A stretch of 64,000 nt of DNA, from assembly GCA_032718475.1 (NCBI GenBank), contig JAUCBJ010008288.1:1-64000 (forward strand), read 5' to 3'. Each line of letters begins with the position of its first letter. Position 1 is the stretch's first letter. This DNA comes from Nemertoderma westbladi. Its lineage: Eukaryota > Animalia > Xenacoelomorpha. Position numbers and translations under genes: made by a program. Under the pieces are notes generated by a model. That model saw only the letters and a program-made list of their open reading frames with translations. It was not told the DNA's origin and ran no database searches. Below, in pieces: positions 1-13,749 of the stretch.

Positions 1-1490
1 CACGAAGCTGAAACTGATGGTTATAGCATGCTCGGTGTACTAAATTTAGATTCTTTACATAAGTCAATACCAGAGGGATTGATAATAGGCCAATGTACAA
101 AAATTGAGAACATTGGATCTATCTTTGAATGATAACAAAAATGAAGAGGAAACAATAATTGAGATAGGAGAAAGTAATGTTTCATTGGTTACTGATGTCA
201 ATGAGAGACATAATATTATACAGGAGCAAGTTGATCTATCAGATACAGACCTAACCATAGAAGAGAAAGAAAAATTGCTTAATGTACAGCAATTTACTGT
301 ATTAAAAGAATACAATGAAGTGCTTCAACTATCAGATGATGAGCTTGGTAGAACGGAATTAGCAGAACATTCAATCGATACTGGTACTAATATTGCAATT
401 AAGAGAACACCTCACACTCTTTAAAACAGTAATTGCCAATGAAATTGACAAAACGGTGAAATTCAGTATTATACAACCATCACAAAGTCCCTTGTCTTCT
501 CCTGTACTATTAGCTAAGAAGTCAGATGGCACTCCACACTTTTGTGTCGATTACAGGAAGCTGAACAGTATCACTGTTAAGGATAACTACCCACTACCAC
601 ATATTGATGATATATTAGACGATTTACAGCCCTCGAAATATATCTCAACACTTGATTTGGCTACCGGCTATTGACAGATCCCAATGTCATATAGAGACAT
701 TTCTAAACCAACATTTAATTGTTGCTCTGGATTTTATGAATTCATAGTACTTGTCTTCGGATTATGTAACGCACCAGCTACTTTCCAACGAACTATGGAG
801 AAATTATTGAACAGCATTTCAACTGAAGAAGATAAACAATTCCATGTATTTATTGATGATATATTAGTAAAATCAATTACATTTACAGAGCGACTGAAAC
901 TTGTCTTACAACGGATTAAGAAAGTAAATCTGAAGTTGAAACAAAAGAAATGTAAGTTTAGTCAGATAGAAATAAAATATCTGGGACATGTTATTTCACA
1001 AAATGGGATTAGTCCTGTTCCAGCAATAATATCGAAAAAGTTCTAAATTACCCTGAACCTCGAAATATAAAAGAAGAGTGAATGTTTCTTGGATTAACGT
1101 ATTATTACCGGCGTTTCGTTGAAGGTTACGGAAAAATCGCAAAACCTTTATATAATTTAATCCAAAAAATTACGCTTTTTGTTTGGACAAATTAAACACG
1201 GTTAGGATTTTGGGAACTAAATAATCGACTTATCACTACACCGGTTTTACAATACCCGCACTTCAACAAAGAATTTGTACTTGAAACTGATGCAAGTGGC
1301 AATGGTTTTACCGCCATACTTTCACAGATTAGCACCATTGACAACAAATTACATCTCATTATTGCTTATGCATCAAAACATATAAACAATGATCAACAGC
1401 AATATGATGTACCACACTTGGAGTTGTGGGCTCTAAACTGGGCTTGTCAACATTTCCACCATTACTTGTATGGTCGTTTGGTAACAATAT
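1..1490 (+). pseudogene. Ty3/Gypsy pol fragment (RT and RNase H), degenerate, copy A
   Basis: FCVDYRKLN..YPLPHIDDIL..STLDLATGY, FGLCNAPATFQRTM, VFIDDIL (RT); FVLETDASG..AILSQ..IAYAS..ELWALNWAC..HYLYG (RNase H); multiple stops and frameshifts. Confidence 0.9.
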
Positions 1491-1902
1491 TAAATTTTTT
1501 ATAATATATTGTTTCTACAGAGTGATGCTGGGTTTTAGCACTATTAATTTGACATTTTTTTATTGCGATATTAGATTCACTAAAAAATTCCATGAATAAA
1601 CTTTGCGAGACATTCCTCAACTATTATTTGACAACAAACTGTCTATCTATCTATTTGGAGTAAAAATGTGAAAATTAACATGTATTATGATCAAGTGAGA
1701 TATTGTTATGATTATAAAAGCTAGTATGTTTGTTTAGTTAATAAAATAATAATAAGGTTATGAAGTCATATTATAAGATTATAAGGTTATCATTCCATAA
1801 TCGATACGCAAATAGTATGTTACAACTGGAAATACAAGTGTTAATGAATTTTTTTTGGCTTATGAAATTTCTTCAGTAAATGCGAGACTGCTGTAATCAT
1901 CT

Positions 1903-2460
1903 TGCTGCGGGATCGGTTAGCTTGAGTAACTACTATGGAAATGCTTGTATACGTGTAGTTGACATGAGGCGGAATCATACTGAGTGGTTGGTTTGGTGAC
2001 GGCAGTCATGGAGTTGGCGATCGATATAATATAATATATGCATGATGCGTATAGATGGCCACGTCGTTGTTGTCGTCGTCACCATATAATGTTAGTAGTA
2101 ACCTTTCAATATGGCACAGATGCTGCGGGATCGGTTAGCTTGAGTAACTACTATGGAAATGTTCGTATACGTGTAGCTGGAACGTGGCGGAATTTCACGT
2201 ATCATAGCGATGGACTGGTAGGCTGCTTGGTTGGTTGGATTGGCGACAGCCGTCGAAGAGTAGCACTGGCTAGCGGTGATGAGTTGGCAATCGATATAAT
2301 ATAATAGCGTAGTGGGGGGCTAGCCATGCATCGTGAAGTTAGGTTACGCGAAGATGAATATGCGATGGTTGGTTGATGCAACAACGCGAATCAATACTGA
2401 TGGGTGGTAACAGCTATCGAGTAAGGCAGGCATCGTGAGGTTAGGCTACGCCTAGGCGCA
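1903..2460. repeat. Unclassified dispersed repeat, locally duplicated; related copy at about 6255-6720
   Basis: Block tgctgcgggatcggttagcttgagtaactactatggaaat near 1903, 2121 and (diverged) 6309; shared downstream gaagatgaatatgc..gatgcaac..gcgaa segments. Confidence 0.6.
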
Positions 2461-2864
2461 AAAAATTAATTTTTTTTTTTATTATCAAATATGAAATACA
2501 CTCTGTTCCCGCTGGGTGGCTTTATCCTGAATACATTTAGAAACGCCTTCAAAGGGAACAGGAATCTTCTACCTTTGACTAAAAAATATGTCAAATTTAA
2601 TGTTGCCTATATGCTATGTACTGTTTTCAGTTAATAAGTTTGTGAAGAATTTTAAGTAAATAGTATATAAGTTAATATTGTTTCTATAGGGTGATGTTTG
2701 GTTTTAAACATATATACTGTAAGATTATTATTTTTTACTAAAAAAATAGCTGATTACAACAGTCTCACATTTACTGAAGAAATTTCATATTTTTGAATAA
2801 ATATAACAGTACTTACTCAGTTTTAAGGCTTACATTTAAATTTTCACATTTTTTACTCAAAATA

Positions 2865-3562
2865 CAGTACAGGCCACCAGAAAAAGCAGATTTCTTCCAA
2901 TGTGATCACATGTGAACACATTTGTTCAAGTCATCTGATTGGCAGGTTATGGCGAGTTATCTTCTAGATCACACAGCAGGAGGCTAACTTGCTGGGACCG
3001 ACAAAAGCTTTGTGTGCGGTGCGCCGGTATGTCTTATATCGGGTAGATGAGAGAGCCCCCCGGGCGTAACATTGCGGACATGGGCTGTATTGGTAGAGAG
3101 AGAACTACATACAAGACCACATGGAGGTTCATGGAGTGTATGGGTATATGGATGGAGGAGCCTAGACCATTGAATAATTAATTTAGTGCAGGGAGATGTC
3201 GCGCCATTAGTCTGACACCGAGAGGGCACAGAGAAACACCAGAAGATGCCTTAACATCACTACCTATAGGCCTGCCTACTAGACACTATTAACCGCACAC
3301 TATAAAGGTAAACAATATCCTTATCGCATTTCCAGCTGCAGTGAGTGACAGTTCGCGGCAAACTACAGAGAGTTTCCAGATTACTAAGCGTTTCAAAAGT
3401 ATTCAATTGTATCCTTTGGCGAAATAATTTTGGTTGTTGCCAATTCAATTATGTTCAATTATGTTCAATTGTCCCGTTCGACAACATTACATTACACTGG
3501 TACACATTTGATAAAATGTGTTCACAATTGTACAAATCTGCGTTTTCTGGTGGCCTGTACTG
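2865..3562. mobile_element. Tc1/mariner-type non-autonomous element (MITE), 698 bp
   Basis: 29-bp TIRs CAGTACAGGCCACCAGAAAA(A/C)GCAGATTT with 1 mismatch; TA on both sides (2863-2864, 3563-3564); empty site visible in the opposite IR arm near 4641-4663. Confidence 0.85.
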
Positions 3563-3770
3563 TAGATACTGTAGATAGACAGTTTGTTGTCAAAGAATAG
3601 TTAAGGAATGTCTCGCAAAGTTTATTCATGGAATTTTTCAGTGAATCTAATTTCGCAATAAAAAAATGTCAAATTAATAGTGCTAAAACCCAGCATCACT
3701 CTGTAGAAACAATATATTATAAAAAAATTTAATATTGTTGCCAAACGACCATACAAGTAATGGTGGAAAT

Positions 3771-4492
3771 AGCTACTTTCCAACGAACTATGGAGAAATT
3801 ATTGAACGGTCTTTCAACTGAAGAAGATAAACAATTCCATGTATTTATTGATGATATATTAGTAAATCAATTACATTTACAGAGCGACTGAAACTTGTCT
3901 TACAACGGATTAAGAAAGTAAATCTGAAGTTGAAACAAAAGAAATGTATTAATAAGTTTAGTCAGATAGAAATAAAATATCTGAGACATGTTATTTCACG
4001 AAATGGGATTAGTCCTGATCCAGCAATAATATCGAAAAAGTTATAAATTACCCTGAACCTCGAAATATAAAAGAAGTGTGAATCTTTCTTGGATTAACGT
4101 ATTATTACCGGCGTTTCGTTGAAGGTTACGGAAAAAATCGCAAAACCTTTATATAATTTGCTCCAAAAAATTACGCCTTTTGTTTGGACAAATTAAACAC
4201 GGTTAGGATTTTGGGAACTAAAGAATCGACTTATCACTACACCGGTTTTACAATACCCGGACTTCAACAAGGAATTTGTACTTGAAACTGATGCAATTGG
4301 CAATGGTTTTGCCGCCATACTTTCACAGATTAGCACCATTGACAACAAATTACACCTCATTATTGCTTATGCATCAAAACATATAAACAATGATCAACAG
4401 CAATATGATGCACCACACCTGGAGTTGTGGGCTCTAAACTGGGCTTGTCAACATTTCCACCATTACTTGTATGGTCATTTGGCAACAATATT
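3771..4492 (+). pseudogene. Gypsy pol fragment copy B (RT C-term and RNase H)
   Basis: Near-identical to 776-1490. Confidence 0.85.
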
Positions 4493-4933
4493 ACATTTTT
4501 TTATAATATATTGGTTCTACAGAGTGATGCTGGGTTTTAGCACTATTAATTTGACATTTTTTTATTGCGAAATTAGATTCACTGAAAAATTCCATGAATA
4601 AACTTTGCGAGACATTCCTAAACTATTCTTTGACAACAAACTGTCTATCTATCTATTTTGAGTAAAAAAATGTGAAAATTAAAATGTAAGCCTTAAAACT
4701 GAGTAAGTACTGTTATATTTATTCAAAAATATGAAATTTCTTCAGTAAATGTGAGACTGTTGTAATCAGCTATTTTTTTAGTAAAAAATAATAATCTTAC
4801 AGTATATATGTTTAAAACCAAACATCACCCTATAGAAACAATATTAACTTATGTACTATTTACTTAAAATTATTCACAAACTTATTAAATGAAAACAGTA
4901 CATAGCATATAGGCAACATTAAATTTAACATTC

Positions 4934-5185
4934 ATACCACCTGTATCAACCACCCTCCGTAAACGCAGATTAAGATTCAGCGGGCACTGCTGGCGAAGTA
5001 AAGACGAGGTCAAACCAGATCTACTTCTCTAGCAACCAACTCTTGGAAAGCGTAGTCGTGGATGACCGGCCATAACATATATAGATCAACTTGAAAGGGA
5101 TACTGAACTTGGGAGAAACGAAATTGTGACAAATATGGAGAATTGGGAAGCCTGGAAGGATCTCATTTCCACTGTAGTAGTAGTA
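4934..5185 (+). mobile_element. RTE-type non-LTR retrotransposon 3' end, degenerate
   Basis: Translates IPPVSTTLRKRRLRFSGHCWRSKDEVKPDLLL*QPTLGKRSRG*PAITYIDQLERDT..MENWEAWK, the RRLRFxGH..GRP..W C-terminal signature of RTE-like ORFs; (GTA)n at 5174-5185. Confidence 0.75.
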
Positions 5186-5199
5186 TCACAGATTCGGTA

Positions 5200-6152
5200 C
5201 ACGAAGCTGAATCTGATGGTTATAGCATGCTCGGTGTACTAAATTTAGATTCTTTACATAAGTCAATACCAGGGGGGATTGATAATAGGCCAATGTACAA
5301 AAATTGAGAACATTGGATCTATCTTTGAATGATAACAAAAATGAAGAGGAAACAATAATTGAGATAGGAGAAAGTAATGTTTCATTGGTTACTGATGTCA
5401 ATGAGAGACATAATATTATACAGGAGCAAGTTGATCTATCAGATACAGACCTAACCATAAAAGAGAAAATCCAAAAAATTACGCTTTTTGTTTGGACAAA
5501 TTAAACACGGTTAGGATTTTGGGAACTAAATAATCGACTTATCACTACACCGGTTTTACAATACCCGCACTTCAACAAAGAATTTGTACTTGAAACTGAT
5601 GCAAGTGGCAATGGTTTTACCGCCATACTTTCACAGATTAGCACCATTGACAACAAATTACATCTCATTATTGCTTATGCATCAAAACATATAAACAATG
5701 ATCAACAGCAATATGATGTACCACACTTGGAGTTGTGGGCTCTAAACTGGGCTTGTCAACATTTCCACCATTACTTGTATGGTCGTTTGGTAACAATATT
5801 AAATTTTTTATAACATATTGTTTCTACAGAGTGATGTTGGGTTTTAGCACTATTAATTTGACATTTTTTTATTGCGATATTAGATTCACTAAAAAATTCC
5901 ATGAATAAACTTTGCGAGACATTCCTCAACTATTATTTGACAACAAACTGTCTATCTATCTATTTGGAGTAAAAATGTGAAAATTAACATGTATTATGAT
6001 CAAGTGAGATATTGTTATGATTATAAAAGCTAGTATGTTTGTTTAGTTAATAAAATAATAATAAGGTTATGAAGTCATATTATAAGATTATAAGGTTATC
6101 ATTCCATAATCGATACGCAAATAGTATGTTACAACTGGAAATACAAGTGTTA
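5200..6152 (+). repeat. Duplicate of 1-1842 (Gypsy copy C plus flank) with about 890-bp internal deletion
   Basis: 5200-5467 matches 1-268, then jumps to the match of 1159-1842. Confidence 0.85.
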
Positions 6153-9100
6153 TCGGATGAATGGTTGGTTGTATGGATAGGAAATACGTGAAAGAATATG
6201 AATCATAGGGTTGTGTGTGTGTGTGTAATAATCAATAATTATTATAATAAAAAACGCGCAGTATATAATGTTAGTGGTGGTGATGGAAGCCTTTCAATAT
6301 GGCACAGATGCTGTGGGATTGGTTAGGTTGAGTAACTACTATGGAAATATTCGTATACGTGTAGCTAGAACGTGGCGGAATTTCAACACGTATCATAATA
6401 GCGTTGGGGTAGGCAGGCCGCTTGGTTGGTTGGATTGATTGGTTTGGCGACAGCCGTCGAGGAGTAGCCGTGCGTGGCTAGCGACGGTGGTGGTTAGTTG
6501 GCAATCGATTCGATATAATAGGGTAGTGTGGGGCTAGCCACGCGATGAGAGGTTTGGGTACGCGAAGATGAATATGCTATGGTTGGTTGATGCAACGACG
6601 CGAACCAATACTGACGGGAGGTAACAGCTGTAGGAGTAAGGAGGGCATCGTGAGGTTAGGCTACGCGTAGGTGATACGCAGCGATTGGTTGAAGGCAACG
6701 ACGCGAATCAATATTGATGGTGACAGATGGTCATTAAACACCTCGATTTAGCACCGGAATTTGGCATTTTTTAATTGCCTCCGAGATGTGGCCCGTAGCC
6801 CAGGCTAGGGAGGAGTTATTGGAGGGCTATGCTTCTCCTACTACTATTATACTGTATATAGTAATAGTAATTTCAATAGGATTCCGTAAATGGAAATTTA
6901 CATAACTTGAAAACTAAAAGAGCTATTAAATAGCGGTTTTCAGATTTGGAAACACCATTCAATGGTGCATTATAATAGACCATAAAAAAAATGTCGACAT
7001 ATTTTGGACCAAAATGGTGTACCCCCCCCCCCCCTTAAAATTGGTACGTAGGTCTAAATTATTCAACACACCGCAATATTGACAGGATATGAGGATGCGT
7101 TGTACAATCAATGGACATACTGTAGACATAACCCGAGATTACAATACTGTATACCATGCCCCAGAATATATACGACACTATATTCTGGGACATGGTGTAT
7201 ATCAGACGAATTAATAAGATAAGTTTTCTCAGATAAAGTTTTATCTCAGAGATAATAATGTTTTCTCAACCAATCTAAGAAATTATTCTGCTTGGAAACT
7301 TTAATGCAGAAACTTTTAAATGAAAACTTTTTAATTTTTATATATTTATAGAGCCATGACTCGACTTATCAACCTTAGTGTAACAAAGAATGCCGTAGAA
7401 TACTGGAATACTAATTGATAGATAAACCGATGGTTAAACTCGCGAGTCACTTTATCGCTCCATGTCATATGGAGACTTGGCCTGTGTTATGGGAGATGAA
7501 TGATTTAAACAAATTTCGCTTTAAATGATACATAATTTATTCCGCCACATTTACAGTATACAGTAAACAATATATGCCTTTATCATAGGCCTGCCTACAT
7601 TGTTAGTTCATCCATTACCCGACTTTTAGGCTAAAAGCGAAACAGCTTCTCATGGATTGTAAAAGATTGAAGGACTCAATGTCAATTATAGAAGATTTAG
7701 CATCATTGTAATGTATCCTTATTTATGCATCAGAAATATCGAAAGCACTTTTCGCTAGGTTTATTAAAAATTCTACACGCAGACAGACTTCTATAGGTCC
7801 TCTGTCTGCCGCTAGGGGCGAGTTAATTGACAGAAACGTAAAAGTAGCTGGTAGTTGATTGTTCAATTTTTCATGGAAACTGTGCCTATTCTAGGAAGAG
7901 TTTCCTATTTTATACATTTTAGTCCAAAGGTATCTAACTCAGGATATCTGACTCCCATACTACAAGGTGCCAATTACCTTAGCAGTAAGAGCTAACTAAG
8001 TAAATATAAGCTTTCTTGTCGAAATATGGGAATACAGTCCAGGAGGAATCATTTGAGTGGCTTTATGTCTACATCGTTACTTCCAACCATGTTTGTTCCT
8101 ATATAATTTATCTGATATGTATATTATTTCAGATAATCACTCGACAGCATGGCCACATTTTTATTTACTTTTGCCTGCGAAAGAGAGGGACCAGATTTAA
8201 AAGTGGTAAACATACTGCATATGATTATATGGATCAACCCAAGTATTTACATCAATTAGCCAAAGATGATGTTGAGCTCATTAAGACCTTATCTAATGAC
8301 TATGATTAAATGCAATTTGTTGTGGACAATTTGCAATTTGTAGCAAACATTTATATTTTATTTTAGAACTCAATACTGGATTGCAGTTCCCATAATCATA
8401 ATCAACCAAAACCATGATCATAATATGATTCTAACAATTCTAAATCATAATATGATTTATGCTAGAAGGCTGGCTATTGTTATTCATGTATGTACTTATT
8501 TCTCCTTGAAAGGCAATCGTTCATAGATACCCAATAATGTCATCAGTTGGCTACAGTTCACTGCGGATGAATGCAACACCCTCCCGATATTCAGTATAGT
8601 ATACACTCCTGATATAGGCCTAAAGTATATCATAATATACGGTATATGTGGGTTACTGTGGTTAGGTATCAGACAGATAGGACCCTAATAGTGCGACATG
8701 TAGAGACCAGTGGAGGTTTTTGAACTACAGTAGTTGGTGGTTGACAGGGCTCTGGGTGGGTGTTGAGTATATACCAGCTGGGGCAGGGGAATCATTGCTG
8801 TTGCATGCAGGTGGTGGCTGGTGACATCGTAGGCAATCTGTTAATACTATGCCGCTTGCATCTGGTGGGTCCAACTCCAGTGAATGATTTATTCCGTGAT
8901 CAATTGTTTCTGATTCTTCAACCATCTACATGCACTTAGCAGTGGTTGGATACAATTTCATCCCTTAGATTTTAAATGTTATACAATAAACAGACAAGAG
9001 GGCCTTTGCAACGCTATTTATAGTTATTTGAATCATCGGAATTGCATTCAATATCACAAAGTCCTTCAAGTAGATCCATTGCAGGATCTCCAACATCATA

Positions 9101-10316
9101 TATATAATATATAATTTTATTGACAAATGATTCGGAATTTAACGCGTAACAGACCACAAATTAAATAACCTAATCAATCAAATAATAATCAATAATAATC
9201 AAATAATATTTGTCCAACTAAATTTGACTGCCTGATACTGTATACACTCGAACTACTACTTAATTAAGTTCTTACACGTTTGAAACTATACTCATCAAAT
9301 ATTAAAATAACGACAAATTTACAAACATTCACAATAATAGCACTTACAAATTCATTACGTAATAGCACTTACAAATTAGATAAGATCATCATAAGAGCAT
9401 CAGATATGTTACAATCTGTGCTCGGATTAACTTTAAACATTGCTAATAAAACTGGTCGAGTTCTCCATAAAGGCACTCCAATAACATTTCAGTACTCCAA
9501 TAGGTTACAGTAGGTGCCCATTTCAGCGCCCACCCTTGTTAAAATTTTGTAAGAATAATCGTCAAAATGATATGGATATTTCATTGCAGACTTCAAGTCC
9601 AGACTTTTATGTTGTTGCTCTCTGAAGATTATGAATTTAAGACACAGATACCTCTACCTTTCCCCATTGGCGAGAATACCCAATTTGCGATCTTCTGTTT
9701 TAAACATTTGAATCTTGAAAGAAAAATTTATGTAGCATTGCTTTGTCTGACCTGGCAGAATAATATACTCTATTAAGTCAACTACAGTATGTAATTATTT
9801 TGGGCTGTCGTTGGGGCTCAACTCTCCCTCCATTAAATTGGTCCTTCTGACATGTGAGCGTGTGATTCCATCGTTGGTTTGATCGGTTTCGGACCAGCCC
9901 GCCGCGCCGTGTGGGTAAAAAAAATCGATTTTTGGGTTATGAGCGATTCTAAACTAAAATGTATTGGAGATTTCAAATCTGAAAACCGTTTTTTGAGTTC
10001 TCAACCCGTTTCTTGTTTTATATCTAATTCAATAGAGATGATCTAGCAAATGTCATGGGTGATAGGGAGTTGTGGCGGCGCAATTTTGTCGGCAAGCCGG
10101 CACAGCATTCTTATTTTATATGTAATATATATATAATGCAGCTGCAATGCAGCATGTCAATCGTATTAGTAGTAGTAAGTGCCGCTTATGGTGGCAGGCA
10201 AGGATAATAACACAATACGAATTTGCATCATTGAGAAACCCGCAAGACCCCCCCCCCCCTAACAACAGCACTCCTAGCAAAGCCACCCTTAGTAAGTAAC
10301 CGCAACTTTGCGGAGG

Positions 10317-10651
10317 GTTGCTCATAGCAACTGTTGATGGGGTTTGCCCATATCAAAACCCTCGCCAATAGCTACTGTAGACATGGGAGTGTCACCAATA
10401 GCAACCATCAACTGCGCGGAGAGGGGGGCGAAGTAAAGGCGTTATGTGCAGCACATTCGTACATGGGGCACATTACATTATATACAGTATTACATAAAAT
10501 ATTGAAAATGTAGCTAGAATAGAACAACAACGGATCCATTAACTCGGCGTGAAAATTTAAATAACTTTCCTTACCACCTCAGTCAGCCTCTAGTACTTCA
10601 CTGTTGCCATCAATGCCTTTTATGATAATAATCAATATATTGCCTAGCAAC
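10317..10651. promoter_or_regulatory. Cluster of three RFX X-box-like motifs upstream of LRRC9
   Basis: GTTGCTCATAGCAAC (10317-10331), GTCACCAATAGCAAC (10391-10405, fits GTNRCC-N0-3-RGYAAC), ATTGCCTAGCAAC (10639-10651). Confidence 0.55.
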
Positions 10652-11258
10652 CACACTAACAGAAAAGTGTAAATCATCTGACATTATCTATCAGCTAGTG
10701 TCTGACTGTCTGATGGCTTCAGGATACCGGTACTATCGATCTATCGTACCGGTATACATTATGGATACATTTTTATACACAGATAGAGATAGGCACGTGT
10801 ACGGAATGCCTACCGCCTTTATTGCCAAACACACTGTAAAGAAAATAAGGGTCGTCAGCATACCATCCCTACCACTACAATACAAATACTATTTAGCAGT
10901 TAGCGGTATCTGCTTCTGGTGGGATACTTTAATCACGACTATACACTATACCTGCTATATCAGTATATGCACCTCTTTGTACGTTGACGTTACTGTCTGA
11001 CTGTGGTGTGGCGTGTTGGTTAAGGTGACACAATTAACTCATAATAGTGCAGTTTGGCTGTGCGGGCCATCGTACCGTACCGTATGCGTACCCTGTCCCT
11101 GTCCTACCTTGTAGGCCTGCATACAGTGCATATATTTATCTTCTGGATATTATTGGATTTTACTGTATATGGCTGGCATTTTCATATTCATATTATTACC
11201 TAAATGGTAGCCTATCCTTTTGAAATTACGAACTGCAAGTTGTAAATAAAACAAAAGT

Positions 11259-12711
11259 ATGCTGTCGGATTCAGGAGAGGAAGAGGATAGAGCTGTAATA
11301 GTTACTGACGAGGATATCTTACAAGAGATATCTTTATCCAACGGGATTAACTACAACAAACTCATCCACGGGCATAATGTCAGAGAGATCCACACAGTGG
11401 AACTATTCTTCTCTGGAATGCCCAGAATGATCCCGCTATCTTTATTTCCTCATCTCACTACACTGCGAATCGTCAGCCAGACAATAAAGATAATAGAACA
11501 TCTCAAAGGTGTACCGAGATTGCGTGAACTTTGGTTTGCTGAATGCGAAATTACCGCCATCCAAGGGTTAAACGATTGCGTCGAATTACATCCGGCTATA
11601 CCTTTACTCAAATAAAATTACAAAAATTGAAAATTTAGATAAACTAATTCTACTAGAAGTTCTTTGGTTGAACTTTAATAAAATTAATGTCATTGAAAAT
11701 GTTCAGCATCTATTTAATCTAAAGGAGTTTAATTTAGCCGAAAATTGCATAGGAACTATCGGAGATTCGTTGTTGAATTTAGAAAGTTTAGAGAATTTAA
11801 ATTTATCTGGGAATCGTATATTATCCTTCAATCAGCTTTACTGTCTGGTCGCCCTTCCCAAACTCAAACAGTTGAGTCTCAGGGGCGGCCAGTACGCGCC
11901 GAACCCGGTATGTTCGCTTTGCAACTACTCAATCTACGTTCTCTACCATCTGCCGACCCTCCAACGTCTGGATGACATTGACGTTAGCAACGGGGTCTTA
12001 CAGGAGCTCTCAGAGCAAACCGTTAATAAAAAGAAAATATTTTATAACATGAAAATTAAAACTTTAAAAAATAGAACTTCTTCACAATTAATTAAGTTAG
12101 AAAAGGAGTTAGATAAACTTATTGAAGACCCTCGAACTAAAATATCAACTTTATCTTCTTTAATAAAGAGTTTAGAGCGAGAAATACGAGAGTTTGAGTC
12201 GCCACGTAAAGGAGAGGATTCGGACACTGAGGCGGACCAGGGATCAGTTCGCTCACCGGCCGCAGAGCGGCGTCACAAAGTTGGCGAGTTGATAAAACGG
12301 CGGGACCGATGGACGCGGCAGTTGCGGCGTTACCAGGACGACGCTATAGTGGCTAGGCGACGAATAGAGTCAAGGGCCCGCGGGGCGGAGCGCTGGCAGA
12401 CCGTGGAGTTAGAGACGGGAGGGAACGTTCGGTTCGAGTCCGCTAGAGGGGGTAGCGACGCGGACTGGTGGGAGTCGTGCGAACGGCTGGTACAGTCGCG
12501 GTTCTGTGCGGCGGAACACGCTGGGCGGGAGGTCCGGGTTGCCAGGGTTACGAGGGTCTACAACCGCGGGGTCAGGGGCCGTTTCGATGACTATATAAAC
12601 CGTGTGGTAGACGGAGGGGGGCTGGTTGGCTTGGCCGTGAAACCCAATCAGTTGAAGCGACTTATCGAGTATCTCTTCTACAGCGAGGAGGAAGGTGACT
12701 GTCTGGATGAG
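11259..12711 (+). CDS. LRRC9: LRRC9 coding exon 1 (N-terminal LRRs, coiled coil, start of central domain); apparent 1-bp insertion near 11592
   Basis: ELFFSGMPRMIPLSLFPHLTTL..LRELWFAECEI..LYLYSNKITKIENL..NPVCSLCNYSIYVLYHLP..KKKIFYNMKIKTL matches LRRC9 as recalled; donor GAG/GTTAGT at 12712, phase 0. Confidence 0.85.
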
Positions 12712-13749
12712 GTTAGTTGCTTCATTATTATTATATATTATTAGTTGGATTAATCCTTAATTATATGTTAGTGAATTCTTCCTAATTTAGCTTTATTGGA
12801 GTTAATATTGGGGAAAAAATGTATTGAACAATTATAAAGCATGGAATCAATATTGGAAGTTGAAACAAGTATAAATATTGGTCCGGATGTCAGAACAATG
12901 GTGTAGTATGTACATCCCTTTCTTGGGTTTCACTTTAACATACTTAGGATAATTAACTTATTTATACATGATATGAACAACTCTCAGTAAATTGATGATA
13001 TACATAAAAAATGCGAATTCGGCACCGCCATAGATCGAAACCAGGTCTTCTTCGGGTTTCTGAAAGATGAGAATATGAAAGATTCTAAACAATTAGTTGA
13101 TTAGTTTATCCTTAGCTTTACAGACATACATTTTATATTGCATTTCGGAACTATTCCGGAATAATTATCACGGTCGTGTTCGATAATATTTTAAAGTACA
13201 TACAGTAGTTGCAAGCCGAGTTGTAGTTATATTGCAATCCAAATCAGTTTATAATTAAATAAACATTGAAAAACTTTAAAATAAAGTTTTTCACAAGCTA
13301 ATTGAAGAATTGAACAATACTCCCTAGTACCTACTAACAACAATACAATACTACCCAACTCCGTAAATAAATGCTTTTAGATGCTAAATTTTGTGTCTTT
13401 TTATTGTTTAGTTTTGAAATCAATAAATTTTTACTAATTATAGTAATTTTTCGTAGGAAACCATTTACACCATTTTTACGTAAATTTTTACGCATCTCGG
13501 CGATTTAATATCTCGTCTCAATGTGAAATTTGTAAAATGAATGAAAGGAGCTAAGGAGCAGGTTACAGTGACATGTTTTTCTAACCATAACAATAAACTA
13601 AAGTCAATAGAACAAGTCATACTGTTTAATTTTTATGAGTGATCAGCAGATGTAACAGATTGCGTCGAAAGTTCCCAAGCCCCCCCCCCCCCCCCTCTCC
13701 TAGTAATTAGTAATAAATAGTCCTAAGATATTGTGTTTCTATCCGTCAG

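Larger units (their letters stand above)
2590..4930. repeat. Long inverted repeat: left arm 2590-2864 plus about 3563-3770 (split by MITE), right arm about 4452-4930
   Basis: 2590-2864 is the reverse complement of about 4655-4930; 3575-3770 is the reverse complement of about 4452-4650. Confidence 0.8.

Noticed and set aside
8016-8309. 97-aa ORF with faint resemblance to a Helitron-like protein segment (CLRK..TA.D..L..L..D)
   Set aside because: Too short and no diagnostic motif
9330-9780. Possible decayed minus-strand coding remnant (CLYGEL motif of LINE 3' regions)
   Set aside because: Multiple stops in all frames; no assignment supportable
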